Positions 61,700-64,000 of a stretch of 64,000 bases of DNA are shown here, one piece after another; position 1 is the first letter of the stretch, and each line of letters opens with the position of its first letter. The translations under genes were made by a program, and so were the position numbers. The notes beneath the pieces are model-generated. The model did not search any database and was not told where the DNA came from. It saw only the letters and a program-made list of their open reading frames with translations. Source of the DNA: Selaginella moellendorffii (lineage: Eukaryota; Plantae; Lycopodiophyta); NCBI RefSeq assembly GCF_000143415.4, contig NW_003314318.1, positions 744,001 through 808,000 on the forward strand. Direction: 5' to 3'.

Positions 61700-64000
61700 C
61701 CGTATTTTCAATTTTTGATTCATTAATTTAAATTTCAATTTGTAAGGTTTGTAAATATATACATGTGGCTAGGCATTATAATACTATAGCATATAAATTA
61801 TCCATTTGAAACTGAATATAGTCCATTCATTCTTGTATATAAATAGTGGGCTAAACCTTAATTAATATATTTATTCATATATTGCAATTTATCTTTAAAA
61901 GGCAGAGTTTCTTGGCAGTGTTTTACTTAGTGTTTGGGATCGTGTTTTTTATTTTTATTTCTTCATTCTCTTTTAGATTTAGATTTATGTTAGTTTTTTG
62001 TGAAATCTATGACTTTAACTATCACTGTGCTTAGATTTACTCTTTCTTCTGATATTTATTGTATTCTTTTCTTCTATTATACCACACTTTCATTAATCTA
62101 GGAGTATGTCACTTGTTCCCAATATTGCTCCGTTAAATTGAACTTTTGGTGTTGTGGGGTGTAATCATATTAGTGTTGCACTCATTTTTGATATGTTGCT
62201 ATCTCCAACTTCTATGGGATGTAATTACATAGTTTATTCTATTCTTGGTGTTTTGCCATCTTCTGTTGATGTGGAGCGTGATATTAATTGGCAAGCTATG
62301 GATAATGCAATTTGGTTCTTGGAGAATATTTGAGGATCAAATTTATATGAGTACGATATTTACAAGCTTGAATGGATTTTGGATTGTGATAAGGAGCTTG
62401 ATTATTATGGAGATAACTTTGGAGATAAGTTGAAGATTTTGTAGGGAAAAAAATTTAAGTTCTTTACCATTTATAATGTTTATAAAGTTTAAAAAGGAAT
62501 AGATTAATTTGTAATTTAATCCTTTCTCTTTACCTTCTGTTCTTTCCTAATCTTTTTTTATTTTTTGACTTAAAACATATATTCTTAGTGTTCCTTCCTT
62601 ATCTACAATATTTCCTTTTTTTGACATATTGATCATTTTTTACTTTTATGATTCTCATTTTCAATTTAGTGTTGAGCTGAATATTTTTTATCCTCTTTAT
62701 ACTAATTTAAATCTTGAGTGTGTGCAGAAAGTTGAGAATCTTATTTCTGTTTCTTTGGCAAAGTCTTTGATTAATTGTGCTGTTAAGTATTCCCCTATCT
62801 CTAAGGTTAAACTATTTTGGCTAGTATTTTGGGTTGAGTGCATATCCTTGATTATGAGTGTTGTTGAAAGTGTTTGTTTTATTGTTGTTATTGAGGGTTT
62901 TATGTGTTCTCTTGAGAGTATGGACTTTTCTATTAATTTTCTTATCTTAAATATTAAATTGTGTGTTAATGAGGTTGAGTAGTGTGAATTTTTTACTTAT
63001 TTCGTGTTAGCCAAAGTATTTTATCACAATAAATCCTTTATTCTCCAAACTTTGAACATATTTCTTTCTTTTTTTTTCCTATTTTTACTTTGACAATTGT
63101 TAAAAATTTCTTTTCAAAATTTCTTTATCCACTTTTTCTTTTTCCACAATGTTTCTTCCTCCCTTTTTCATTTTCTCCTTTTTGCCTTGTCACTTTAAAC
63201 TTTTTTTTTTTCAAATGAGGGGGTAGAGGGGATGGATGGGAATTTTAACCCCAATGATAGAGTGAAGACGAGTGAATATAATAGTGGAGCAAAAATAAAT
63301 AATATAAATTGTGAAGTAAGGATAAACATAATGAGTCAAAATGAAACATCCAACCCTAATATAGTGAAGCTCAATTAATACAATAGTGGAATGAAACTAA
63401 ATATAGTGGTAGAATAAGGACAAGTGTAACAAATTCGAATGGAGCTAGTGCCTCAGAATTGTTTTTCCTTTGCACTACATAAGTAATAAGGTGATACTCA
63501 TCTTTTCACAAAATTCTAAATTTTCTCCTAATCCCCCTTCTTTATGTTAGATTGGATTTAAAGTTTATTTACACTCTTCATAAGCATAAATAGTGAGTAA
63601 ACTAAGCCTCCAAGTTTCTAACATCCTATAGTATAATAAAATTTATTCATATGACTTTATAAATCCTAAGCTTTAGGTGAATCTCTTAATTCAAAATTTC
63701 AAAGGAAAACACTGTGGCTTAATGATCTTATATAAGTACCTTAACTCCCCACCTCCATCCCAAAGGGAAGAGATAAAGAGTAATAATTTTTATGGTACTC
63801 AAGTGAAACACCATTCTACTTAAGCTAAAAACACTAGAGTCGATTTTCTTTTTAAGAGTGGGAATTGCTATTAAACTAAATTTTACTAATCCCTAGTTCC
63901 AATTTAAATTTAGTTAAGAAATATTATTAGAGAGTTTCATCAAGACTAAGTCTTTAGCCTTACTATCTTTACTATATTTTGGAACTCCTTATACCACTTT
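61700..64000. repeat. AT-rich degenerate dispersed repeat / TE remnant
   Basis: No credible ORF. It shares ATTATAATACTATAGCATATA (61775-61795) and downstream similarity with 35506-35580. A PBS-like TGGTATAAGGAG lies on the minus strand at the window end. Confidence 0.4.

Overview
Eukaryotic plant nuclear DNA. The very short (about 50-60 bp) introns, tightly packed genes and GC-rich intronless PLS-class PPR genes suggest a compact lycophyte genome such as Selaginella; this is inference. Bases 1-22,522 are a nest of one non-coding LTR-retrotransposon family (LARD-like): ~1.7-1.8 kb TG...CA LTRs with an internal VNTR, an iMet-type PBS, a PPT and 5-bp TSDs. The family has repeatedly inserted into itself: one young full-length copy (9794-17506), two solo LTRs and three older copies, two of which form a large inverted repeat. 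Its internal region carries a conserved cassette of five back-to-back hairpins, two with tRNA T-loop/B-box loops. One solo LTR hosts a 194-bp Cassandra-like solo LTR containing a 5S rRNA internal-promoter fragment. Bases 22.7-61.6 kb are gene-dense, in order: AT-rich B-lectin-like ORF, 2H phosphoesterase, pTAC12/HEMERA, PPR, SEUSS-like, (TA)n block, MINDY deubiquitinase, PPR-E, glutathione peroxidase, a small unknown ORF, GDSL lipase, pseudogene fragments, seipin, a Sfi1/CCDC191-like coiled-coil gene, a secreted RALF-like-prodomain peptide precursor, a nucleotidyltransferase, a tetraspanin/TOM2A-like gene, an amaranthin-aerolysin pore-forming toxin with a decayed tandem copy, and a dual-specificity phosphatase. 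The last ~2.3 kb is AT-rich degenerate repeat. Gene spans are start-to-stop including introns, read by eye.
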